From NCBI GenBank assembly GCA_964016885.1, contig OZ024742.1, forward strand, positions 51,770,001 to 51,834,000: a stretch of DNA of 64,000 nucleotides, in the 5' to 3' direction. Below are positions 26,601 to 38,481 of this stretch, one piece after another. Origin of the DNA: Eledone cirrhosa. Lineage: Eukaryota. The position numbers and the translations under genes were made by a program. Below the pieces are notes generated by a model that was given only the letters and a program-made list of their open reading frames with translations, did not search any database and was not told the origin of the DNA. Each line of letters opens with the position of its first letter. Position 1 is the stretch's first letter.

Positions 26601-27094
26601 TGCTACCGAGGAGCTCTACCCGTTCGGGACAAGCTCTACAGACACGGGCGCCCGGGTAGGGACTCCTCGAAAAAGATCTGTCCGAGATGCGTGCGTGACG
26701 AGGAAACCGTCGCGCACGCATTCGTACACTTCCCGGGCGTTGCTGACCTGTGGGGCTATGTGGAACGACTACTGTTGCGGGTGGGACCAATCCGGTTAAC
26801 CACTGAGTACATTGTCTCGATCAAACCACCTCCCACCTTCAAAAACGAAGGAGAGGCGGTTTTCCACAGTGTGATAGCTATGGCTAAAGAGGTTGTATGG
26901 TGGACGAGGTTGAAAGGGCAGAGGTCAGACTCCTTTCTCTCCGGCAACAACCGGTCCTTTTTTTCAAATACCATTTTAGAAGAAGTATCAGAATGGAGAG
27001 AGGGGTGCTCTATCCCAGCAAGTTTTATGAAAGGTGGGTGAAAGTGGCGAGAATGGCCCGAGTGAATGGGCCTTCTCTCTATATCAGCCTGTAG
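23662..27094 (+). pseudogene. Tx1 ORF2 (APE-RT) with several stops and frameshifts
   Basis: Fragments are collinear with 8570-11893. Confidence 0.93.
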
Positions 27095-27382
27095 GTGAGA
27101 GAGGAGGAGAAGGAGGAGAGGAAGGGGGCACCCGCTCTTTGTGCTCCTGAGGAGGAGGGTTGCACATTTTCCCGGGTGTGTGTGAGACCCACGTCAACGC
27201 CCCCTCCCTATTGAGGACTTCGATTGTTGAATTTGATTTGTTATATTTTTACACGTCCTTTAAATGTATGTAACACCCCCCCCCCCGCCCTGTATTTGTC
27301 CCAATCTGTTAAGCCCCGGTGGCAAATAAATAGAAATTTATCTATCTATCTATCTTTATCTCTCTCTCATACATATACACAC

Positions 27383-27572
27383 AATAATTGTTTCTATTTT
27401 TGGCAGAAGACCAGCAATTACCCAGTGTATTACTGGTACTTTATTTTATCGACCCCGTACGGATGAAAGGCAAAATTAACCTCGGCGGGATTTGAACTCA
27501 GAATGAAAAGGACCGTAACTCTATGCGTCAAAGCATGGCGTCCGACTCTCTACCGATACTGCCAATCCACGA
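27383..27572 (-). mobile_element. tRNA-derived SINE
   Basis: A box TGGCAGTATCGG, B box GAGTTCAAATCC, body CCTTTCATCC..GGGGTCGATAAAATAAAGTACCAG. Copies at 46676 and 44955. Confidence 0.85.
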
Positions 27573-28094
27573 CATTCAGCGTCTGCCAATTTGACATTTG
27601 AGATTGGTGATCTTCGTGAAGCAACAGTAAGATATAATTCTAATGTTGCTAAGTGTTAAGCAACTTAGAGGCGATCTTATACGTGACACAAATATCTATG
27701 TAAACATCACAGATTTGGCGGAATATGGCAAACTACTTGTTCATGACATAGAATGTCTTATATTTGCAACAGTTTGTCATACCATCAAACCAATCAAATT
27801 CCCTTGCGTTCCAATACAATTTTGCAAGTATTCCAACCATTCACACATATGTACACACAAACAAACGCACGCACACACGTAACATGAAAACATGACAAAG
27901 GCGCTAAATCTATTGTATACAATAGCATTTAAAACCATTTAAAAGTGGGAAAAAATAATCATTCTTGTTGAAAAGTTATGAAATGCAGGTAGCACTATTA
28001 TCAGTTAATCGAGTGATACTCTCTCTTTTTCTCTCTAATATATATATATATATAGTTATAGGAATAACCAAAGAGTGCTTAGAAATACATTGTT

Positions 28095-28152
28095 TTATTA
28101 GCTAATAGTGTTTCATCCATACCCCATGCCAGGAATCATCAGAGCCTATAAA
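28095..28152 (-). ncRNA. Degenerate hammerhead (family G)
   Basis: TTATAGGCT-CTGATGA-TTCC...GGAT-GAAAC-ACT-ATT-AGCTAATAA. Stem III is mismatched. Confidence 0.55.
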
Positions 28153-29449
28153 CAAGAGTATATCAGTAGTTGCATGCTCTAGCGAGCTGCGTCACCGGAA
28201 CAAGGTTAAAGGACCAGCAGGGGGTCCCGAGGCCAGCGCTATATGGAAAAAGACAGAATACATGATGCACATAATGTCATAAAATGTTTTAAAAAATTTA
28301 AAAATGACACAAAAAATCCATCACTTAAATGGTGCAATAGATGATAAAGAGGTTGGGAGATGTTAGCAAGGGATGAGTGAGGGTATTATTCGGCATGATC
28401 AGAAACAATAAGAAAATAATAAAAAAAAATAATAAAGAAGTACAAAAATACAGGGATAAGTAAAGAGATTAATATAAAAATACAAAACATTAGAGGAACA
28501 AAAAGCCCGGAAATCCCCAACAATATAAGACAAAGCAAAGCATAGATGCATGAAAGCACAAGCAGTTCAAAAACAGGGTGTACAGGCAGATTAAGAGAGT
28601 TTGCAAGCATGAGTCTGTGAAAAGAATAGTTGGTTAGCAGTGCTGCAGCCTTACATGTATGATAGTCCATATGAGGGATGGTTTACTCCAATTATATCGC
28701 CTTGTAACAGGTCTCTTTATCATATCCACACCCTATGAACCACATCGATATGTTCCAGTTCCGAACGTTTCGAAAACCTATACCCAGGGGATTTATCAAG
28801 ATAGGTAGTCTAAAATAAAAAATAAAACTGTATGGTACATATACAGCCGTCACAGATGTGAGGAGATTGAAAACACGCCAGGTCCGCAGCAACTGGCATT
28901 CCCCAAAATCCTCAAGTTCGGTCGCTCAATCCAACGTGCCAGGTGAAATTCACTGTATGTCCAAGTTGGCGTTCAACCAATGTATCGTACCGCATACAAC
29001 TATACCACAGTAAATACAAATCGTGATGGCTATCACATTACATATAGAGAAAAAGTGTAGAAAGGAAACTCCGCTTCCAGAATCACATGTGGCAGAATGA
29101 GCAGATATTGTTATAATAATAGGCGTGTTTATTATAGTGAGTGCAAATTTCTGTAGAATATATAGATATATATAGAAGAGAGAACTCACAGCCAAACCCG
29201 TCAATGACAGCTATGTTATTTATATGTCCGCCACGTGGTTTTCGTTTAGATTATTGACTCCGGAGGTTGCAATCCATTCACAGTCGGGTGTGACCCCTCC
29301 TGGGTCGGCGGGAGTTCAAATCCAGTGCTGCACATTGCCTTGAGTGTGGTTCTATAATTCATGTGTGTGAATGCGTATATATATATAAATGTATATATAT
29401 ATATATATATATGTGTGTATATATATCTATGTGTGTGTATGTATATATG

Positions 29450-29503
<54 letters not shown>

Positions 29504-29529
29504 TATATGTATATGTATATATATATGTG

Positions 29530-29580
<51 letters not shown>

Positions 29581-29582
<2 letters not shown>

Positions 29583-30001
29583 GGAAAAATTTGAACAGGG
29601 ACAAAACAGAGAGGCAGTACAATAAATGTTTATTAATTTCACGCTCAGGAGAGTGGGGGGTAAGTGGGGGACGACGTTTCGGGCATAAGCCCTTCCTCAG
29701 GTGAGAAGTGTGTGGGAACAGAGTTCAAAAGGTGTGTAGGGGAGTGGTGGAGAGACATATAGCGAAAGGAAACGGTGCGAATGAAAAAAAACAAATAAAG
29801 ATAAAAAATAAAAATAAAGCATGATCAAAATACAAGGAATGAGAAAATTTAAAAATAAAGGCATGATCAAAATAAACTGAAATTAAAAGGGGGGTAAGCA
29901 GGTGGTGGAAGGGTGGGGGTGAGTAGGGGTGGTGGCGGGTGGAGTGGTGAGAGGGAGACGGGGTGTCCGAGCGGGGAGGGCTGAAGGTGGTGTGTGTGTA
30001 G

Positions 30002-30048
<47 letters not shown>

Positions 30049-33000
30049 AAAGTAAGGGTTGGGGGAAAAACGGGGTTGCATGTTCAGGAAGGGGTGTGGG
30101 GGGGGGGGGGTTTGTGGGTCGGAGTGTCTGTGCGTGTGTGGATAGGGGGGGGGGAGAGGAATCAGGAGGCTGAGGGTGTAAATATGTGGTGGTAAGCACA
30201 TGTGTGTGGGGTTTAAGCGTGTTGTGGGTGTGGGTGGCGTGTGGAGAAAAAAATTTGTTGGGGGTGTGTGTGCGGGTGAGTTATATAGGTGATTACGCAA
30301 GAGGATGGTTGAAAAGTTGGTAAGTTCCAAGGATGTTAGTAGATTTTTGTAAGTCAAATTCTGCGTGTGGGTAATACATGAAGTGGTGGTCGGAAGAGGA
30401 GAGATGTGGGGTGCGCGCTCAACAGGAAGTGGTCAGCAGTGGGAGTGCTGTGGTCTGTTAATGCTGGGAGGTGGTCAGATGGCATAGCAGCAGTCGGTGG
30501 AATGGTAAGGGGGCGAGGATGAGTAGGTGTGAAAGTTGGAGTGAGGAGGGTGTGTGTGTGTGTATTAGTAGGGGTGTTAGTGGGTGTTAGTATACGGGAG
30601 GTGGGGAGGGGTTGAATGCAGGTGTGAGTGGGGGTTAGTGGTGGTAGGGTGTGTAGAGTTGGTGGTGTACGAGGGTGTGTGGGTACGTGTGCGTGGGGTT
30701 GGGGGGTGTTAGTGATGTTAGTGGCGTGTGGGGTGGGTGGTGTAAGTGGGTGCGTGTGTTCGTGTGCTTGGGGTTAGGGGGTGTTAGTGAGGTTAGTTGC
30801 GGGGTGGTGGGATGGAGGTGTGGGGGTGAGAGGTGTGGGGGTGAGGGTTAGTGGTGGTAGTAGGGTGTGTGTTTAGTGTGAGCGCGTGTATATATGTGCC
30901 GGTGGGTGTGTGCGTGTGATAAGGAGGGGGGAGGAGGAGAAGAGGGGAGGGAAGGGATGTTAGTATGTTAGTTGGGGAAGGGTCGTCAGATGAGGGGTGG
31001 AGTGGAGGTGTTAGTATTGTTAGTGTGGGGTGGGCGGTGAAAAGGAGGGGTGTGTTAGTGGTGTTAGTGGGGGATAAGTGTGGGGGGAGGGAGACGGTCG
31101 AACGCTAAAGGAATAAGGGTGGGGAGTTCAGGCCGGGGGGAGTGTGGGTCTGTAAGATGAAGATAGTTCGTTGTTCGACCGTAAGGCGATGGGCGGGTGT
31201 TCCGTGGCACTGGAGTAGGCCACAGACTGTGAGATGGCGTGCGGAGTGTCCAGGGCCACCAAAGTGGCGGGGGATGGGGGAACTGCCCCCGAGACGAATA
31301 TCCCGGAGGTGCTCCGTGACTCGGTCCGCCAGGCGACGTCCCGTCTGTCCGACATAAGTCGCGCTGCAATCCGTGCAGCGAATTCCGTAGACTAGATTGG
31401 AGGAGGTGCAGTGGAAGACATGCCGGACCGAGAGAGTGTGGCCGTTGGGACCCTGGAAGGTGGTGGTGTTGGTGATGTGGGGACAGGTGTTGCAGCGGGG
31501 CCTAGAACAGGGAAAGGAACCGGGGAGGGAAACAGAGCGTGGGTTGGGGGGTAGGGAGCTGTGGACGAGGAGGGTGCGGAGATTGCGTGCGCGTTTGAAG
31601 GAGGGGAGTGGTGGGGTTGGGAAGATGTGGGATGTGGAGGGGTCGGACTGGAGGCGTCGGAAGAGGCGGCGGATGGTGAGGTGGAGGGGTGGTAGGTGAT
31701 GGGGAAGGGGAGACGGTGGGTGGGTGTGCGGTGGCGTGGGGTGAGGGTGGTGGAGCGGGGGACAGCACGGGCGCGGGTGAGAGCGGTGTAGACGAGAGAG
31801 GGGGGTAACCTCTGCGGATGAAATGGCTGACTAGGGAAAGGGCCTGGGACTCGAAGTCAGCATCACGGCTACAGAGGCGGCGGATCCTGAGAAGTTGGGA
31901 GTAGGGAATGGAGTGTTTAGTGTGGGTGGGGTGGGAAGAGGTGAAGTCGAGGTAAGAGTGGGAGTCGGTGGGTTTGAAGAAGGCGGAGGTGACGAGGGAG
32001 TGGTGGGAGGGGTCGAAGGCGACGGAGATGTCTAAGAAGTGGACGTGGGTGGTGGAGATAGAGGTGGTGAAGTGGAGGGAGGGGTGGAAGGGGCAGAAGA
32101 AGGAGAGAAAGGAGTCGAGCTGTTCTCGGGTGAGGGTCGTGGCCCCGATACAGTCGTCAATGTAACGACCGTACAGTTCGGGCGTGGGGCCGGTGTACTG
32201 GGCAAAGATTTGGGCCTCAACATGGCCAACAAAAAGGTTGGCATAGTTCGGGCCCATTCTTGTGCCCATGGCTACCCCCGTGACCTGTTGGTAAAACTCA
32301 CCCGAGAAGGAGAAACAATTTAGGGTGAGGACCAGCTCGGCGAGGCGAAGGAGGGTGGGGGTGGAGGGAATGGGGGAGGGGCGAAGGTCGAGGTAGTGTT
32401 TGAGGGCGCAAAGGCCGTCGGCGTGGGGGATGACTGTATAGAGGGACTTGATGTCTAGGGTGAAGAGGAAGGGCTGTGGGCCGGGTAGGTAGGTGAAGGA
32501 GTCGAAAAGGCGCAGGGCGTGGTTGGTGTCGGAGATGTGGGAGGGGAGGGTGGTGACAAGGGGCGCGAGGAGGGAGTCGAGAAAGGCGGAGATGAGTTCG
32601 GTGGGACAGTTGCAAGCGGAGACAATGGGGCGGCCGGGATTGTCGGGTTTGTGGAGTTTGGGGAGGAAGTAGATGGTGGGCGTGCGGGGGGTGCGGACGA
32701 TGAGGTGGGAAGCGGTGGGGGGAGGAGGGAGGAGGCGATAAGGTCTTTGATGTTGGAGGAGACTTGTTGTTGGTAGAGGGGGGTGGGATCGTAGGGTAGA
32801 GGGCGGTAAAAGAGGGGGTTAAAGAGTTGCCTGAGGGCTTCGGCCGTGTAGAGATCCGCGCGCCATACCACTACGGCGCCTCCCTTGTCCGCCGGTTTGA
32901 TGACGATGTCATCTCGGCTACGGAGGGAGCGGAGAGCGAGGAGTTCGCCCCGTGAGATATTGTGCCATTTGGAACGGTGGCGAAAGTCGAAACGATTTAC

Positions 33001-33417
33001 TGCGCTACGGCTGGCATCGACGAAGGCGTCCAGGGTGCTAAATTGCCCTGGGGTTGGCGTCCAAGAAGATGGTCGTCGGCCCAGGGCGAGAAACGGGTCT
33101 GGGGCGTCCGGAGCCGGTGGCGTTCGGCTGAAATGTAGCTTAGTGCGTCGCACGAATCGCTCGACTTCCGTTCGGGTGCGGAACTCGTCGCTGTGCGGAG
33201 TGTGGGGTATGAAGCGAAGGCCTCTACTAAGGAGTGAGCGCTCAGGTGCGGAGAGGGGAAGGTCAGGGGGTATGGTGACAACAAGGGGTGGGGTTTGAGG
33301 GTTTGGGAGGGGAGGGTGTGGTGAGGGGTGAGGTGGAGGGTGGAGATTGGGTAGGGGTGTGGGTCGGGGGAGAGGTGGAGAGTGGTGGGCGTATGGGGAT
33401 GGGCGGGTGGCACCCAA
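29581..33417 (-). mobile_element. GC-rich Penelope-like element copy 1 (frameshifted RT + GIY-YIG, long 3'UTR, HHR-like end)
   Basis: Motifs LLSRGLRFIP, IKPADKGGAVVV, MGTRMGPNYANLF, RYIDD, FLDI, KPTDSHSYL, SIPYSQLLRIRRLCS, CTDC..YVGQTGRRL. Confidence 0.93.
29671..29702 (-). ncRNA. Hammerhead core (family F)
   Basis: CTGAGGA-A-GGGC ttat GCCC-GAAAC-GTC. Stem I has only ~2 bp. Confidence 0.6.
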
Positions 33418-33793
33418 TATGTTGAACTGGTTTATAGAATTCTCTTGGCCTTTGTCACTCTAAGTAGAACTTTAAAGAATTAGCTTTTAAAGAATTTTCC
33501 CTTTTCTTTAAATCCTTCAACCATGACCGACCCCCAACGATCTTTTAGACACCTGAAATATAGGCATTGTTAGCTTAAGAGAAACGTAAAAATAAGGAGT
33601 GGCACCTCATTCTGAACTTGTTTATAGAATTCTTTCTGCCTTTGTCACTCTAAATATGAATAATAGCTTTAAATAATTAGCTTTAATGAAATCCCTTTTG
33701 TATCAACCAATGACATCTACCCATCCCACTCCCCACCCTCTCCTACTACCTGAAAAGAGATATAAATACCACAACATCTATTTTTGGAAAGCC

Positions 33794-33844
33794 AGATTCC
33801 TGATGATTTCTAAAGTATGAAACAGCTCTAGTCCTGTAGAATCT
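33794..33844 (+). ncRNA. Type I hammerhead (family A)
   Basis: AGATTC-CTGATGA-tttctaaagtat-GAAACAG ctctagtc CTGTA-GAATCT. Confidence 0.8.
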
Positions 33845-33926
33845 TATCTATATTAAAAGTGTTATACTCTGCTATGTATTGAGTACCTTACTTACTGTGT
33901 TTACCTCCGATTCAACCCGGAATAAC

Positions 33927-34022
<96 letters not shown>

Positions 34023-34290
34023 GTGTATATATATAAACATATATACATAAATATAAATTTATATACATATATGCATACAGACGTACAGTAGTATGTATAT
34101 ATATACATACATGCACACATATATATAAGCACGTATCGGTTTACCGAACATTTATTATAATGCTCGGTTTGTTTGTAAACAAACAAACAGCCCGAATTAT
34201 GCCGTCCAGTGTTTAGGCAACCACGTCACCGTTAATATGCATAAGGAAAGTATATACTTTCAGACGGTCAACCATCTGGTAGGAAGGTAT

Positions 34291-34333
34291 ACGATGCTGA
34301 CGATAGCTAATAAGCTTGAAACTAGTACATCGT
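34291..34333 (+). ncRNA. Minimal type I hammerhead (family B)
   Basis: ACGATG-CTGACGA-tAGCT aata AGCTt-GAAAC-TA-GTA-CATCGT, with a palindromic ACTAGT stem III. Confidence 0.88.
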
Positions 34334-34616
34334 GCCTGTGTCAATGTTGAACAAAAAGTTGACGTGGTTGTCTAAACACTGTACGGCATAATTCGGGCTG
34401 TTTGTTTGTTTACAAACAAACCGAACATTATAATAGTTGTTCGGTAAACCGATACGTGCATATATAAATGTGTGCATGTATGTATATATATACATACTAT
34501 TGTACGTCTGTATGCATATATGTATGTACGTATACATACATACTTACATATATATATATGTATATATGTATATACATTTATATTTATGTATATATATGTG
34601 TATATATATATACACG

Positions 34617-34739
<123 letters not shown>

Positions 34740-34824
34740 ATACGTTATTCCGGGTTGAATCTGAGATAAACACAGTAAGTAAGGTACTCAATACATAGCA
34801 GAGTATAAAAGTTTTAATATAATA

Positions 34825-34875
34825 AGATTCTACAGGACTAGAAGTGTTTCATTCTTTAGAAATCATCAGGAATCT
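34825..34875 (-). ncRNA. Type I hammerhead (family A), inverted copy
   Basis: AGATTC-CTGATGA-tTTC taaa GAAt-GAAACA...TGTA-GAATCT. Confidence 0.8.
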
Positions 34876-35119
34876 GGCTTTAAAAAAATAGATGTACGTC
34901 TGTATACATATATGTCTGTACGTATACATACATACTTACATTTAAGTAACTGCCGTACTAAGAGTGAGAAATGAAATTTCGTTTCATTTTATTCCATTTA
35001 TCGTTTTCGGTGCGCCGGGCCGACTAACTCATTCGATATGCAAATTAGGCTGCTCAGCCGTTAATATGCATAAGGAAACTATACACTTTCAGACGTTCAA
35101 CCATCTGACAGGAAGGTAT

Positions 35120-35162
35120 ACGATGCTGACGATAGATAATAAGCTTGAAACTAGTACATCGT
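35120..35162 (+). ncRNA. Minimal type I hammerhead (family B), second copy
   Basis: ACGATG-CTGACGA-tagataataagctt-GAAACTAGTA-CATCGT. Confidence 0.82.
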
Positions 35163-35432
35163 TCCAGTGTCAGTGTTGAACAAAAAGGTGACGTGGTTGC
35201 CTAAACAGTGTACGGCATAATTCGGGCTGTTTGTTTGTTTACAAACAAACCGAGCATTATAATAAATGTTCGGTAAACCGATACGTGTATATATATATAT
35301 ATGTGTGCATGTATATACATACTACTGTACGTCTGTATACATATATGTATGTACGTATACATACATACATACTTACATTTAAGTAACTGCCGTACTAATA
35401 GTGAGAAATGAAATATCGTTTCATTATATTCC

Positions 35433-35463
<31 letters not shown>

Positions 35464-35517
35464 TAAAAAAATAATGAATAAAACAATGAAACAGTTCCTT
35501 ATATTAAACAAAAAAAG

Positions 35518-35670
35518 TTCATTATTTAACGATCGTTTCTAGGTCATATATGTGTTAGAATTGGTATGCATATTCAACAGATCTATGTACAAAATTATAC
35601 AAAATTATACAAGTTATCAAATATAATATACATACCAACACATACATATGCCGTCTTCAGAAATAATGAA
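35518..35670 (-). ncRNA. Long-stem-II hammerhead (family C), 3' pLTR
   Basis: TTCATTATTT-CTGAAGA-(114 nt rod)-GAAAC-GATC-GTT-AAATAATGAA. Confidence 0.8.
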
Positions 35671-36322
35671 ATATATTTATTGATAATAACAACAATTCAA
35701 AATTACAGGTCTGTTTGGGAACAGAGTTCAAATTGACCAATGAAATACACAAAAATATATCAAGAAAATACAGTTAGGTGTGTGTATATATGTAAGTAAC
35801 TTCGTTCACAGATATGCATAAAAATATATGTTCACATGCATACGCATGTCGAAAAAATGTATGTAAATACAAAAATTCAGGGCTAATGTCTCTGTATGTT
35901 TATAATCTACAGATAAAATACACATACGCATATAAACATATATAGATTCATATATACACACATATATATACACACATTCACACACACACGCGCATATACA
36001 CATAGACATACACATAACCACGAACATACACACTCACACTCACACACACACACACACATATGTATATATTAATATAATAACTATATGGATATTTAGGCAC
36101 ACACATAAAGACTGCCACATATATTTTTACATTCAAATGCAGAAGTGGGTAAGGGGTTCAGTAATTACTAAGGGTGTCAGGGAAACTGCCTATTTATAAA
36201 ATGTATCTATAAATTTAGAAATAAAAAAGAAATATATTAAAAAAATATATATAAACAAGTAAAATATACTCATACATAAAATACATACCGATATACATAT
36301 ACATATATATACACATACACAT

Positions 36323-36415
<93 letters not shown>

Positions 36416-36823
36416 CATACATACACATATACATACACACATACATACATAGATACACATACACATACATATATAAATACATAGACACACATACAAACAC
36501 ACATATATATATATACATATATTCACAACTCACATACATATATACACATATATGTACACACACATACACACACATATATATATATACACATATATACATA
36601 CAGACACATATATATACACATATATACACACATATATACATATATATATACATACACACACATATATACATATATATATATACACACACACAACACACAC
36701 ACACACACATACATATACGTATATATACACACACATATCCATGTATGTATATACACATACAACCACACGCTCACATAACTCAGACATACATAAATAAAGA
36801 GATATACATACATACATATACAC

Positions 36824-36882
<59 letters not shown>

Positions 36883-36941
36883 CACGTAGATATATATACA
36901 CAACCACACACACACACATATATACATACACTCATATATAC

Positions 36942-37040
<99 letters not shown>

Positions 37041-37279
37041 CACACATACACATAAATATATATAAAAAAAGAAAGAAAGAAAGAAATTAATAAATACACA
37101 CAGTCAGACAATTATGCACACATATATATATATACACACATACACATACACACATCTCTACAAATATATATACACACATATACACACGCACGCATACATA
37201 TATACATACACACATACCTATATATAGAGACATACATATACATACATATATATACATACATATACATATATATACATAC

Positions 37280-37311
<32 letters not shown>

Positions 37312-37963
37312 GTATACAATCATAGACACTTATTTACATGCGCACATATGTATTTTTATACTCACATATAAACACCCAAACATACATACCTACTTACATA
37401 CACATACATTCATCCACGCTTACAAATATAAATAATTATAGGGGGGGGGAAGGGGGATTAAAATTATTAGTGGGAAAAAGTAAATATAGGTTTCATGGAA
37501 CATAGAATATTAATCTGCATTTAGATCATAATATATGTTTACATAGTAGTTTCAGTATTAGTAAATGTAAGAAAGAAGGCAAAATTATGCATTTTAATAT
37601 AAGTAGACTATTAATTAAAGGTTAACAAAAATAAAATTAGTTAATATATTGATTTCTAAGGTGTATACTACTTAGGTTTATAATATTTGAAGCGGAATTT
37701 TGAAGTTAAACAGTAGTAGAATATTAATTATATCATAACTAAATTAAAATATTAACATTATGGTATCAATATTAGGAAATGAATTTAGTAATAGGGAAAA
37801 CCAAATCAAGTATTTCATCGGTAGTAGAATATAATTATAGGTTAACTAAATTAAAGAATTATATATAATTTCTATAGTATATGTTAATTAGGTTTATAAT
37901 AATTAAAGCAGATTTTGTATTTTATCTATAGTAGAATATAATTATAGGTTAACAAAAATTAAA

Positions 37964-38009
<46 letters not shown>

Positions 38010-38481
38010 TTTTAATTGTAAAGAATATATTAATTAGGTATATATTTAAAAATTTATCTCAGTTTATGATTACATGATATTCTGCAATCCATCTGTATTG
38101 GAATTTTAATTTTAAGCTAATTAAATTAAAATTATAGGTTAACTAAATTAAAATTAATTTATAAATAAGTTTCTAAATTGTACATTAATTAGGTTTATAA
38201 TATTAAAAAATATTTCTCTGTTATTGATTACACGATATTTTGTTATATTTCATCTATAAAGGAATTTTAATAAAAGGTTAAATAAACTAAAATTAATCTA
38301 TAAATTAATTTACAAAGTATATATTAATTATGTTAATAATATTTAAAAGTTGTTCACTATTTATGATTACACAATATTTTTTATCTCATCTGTATTAGAA
38401 ATTTAATTAAATTAAATTTATAGGTTATCTACATTTAAATTAAATTATATATTAATTTCTAAATTTCTAAAATATATATTA

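Larger units (their letters stand above)
21668..27338 (+). mobile_element. Near full-length Tx1/L1-clade LINE copy 4 (inactivated) followed by (TATC)n
   Basis: 5'UTR, broken ORF1 (21953-23621), broken ORF2 (23662-27094), AATAAA then TATCTATCTATC. The 5' boundary is uncertain. Confidence 0.93.

Noticed and set aside
27480-27572. tRNA gene
   Set aside because: A and B boxes are present but there is no cloverleaf. It is a multi-copy SINE head.
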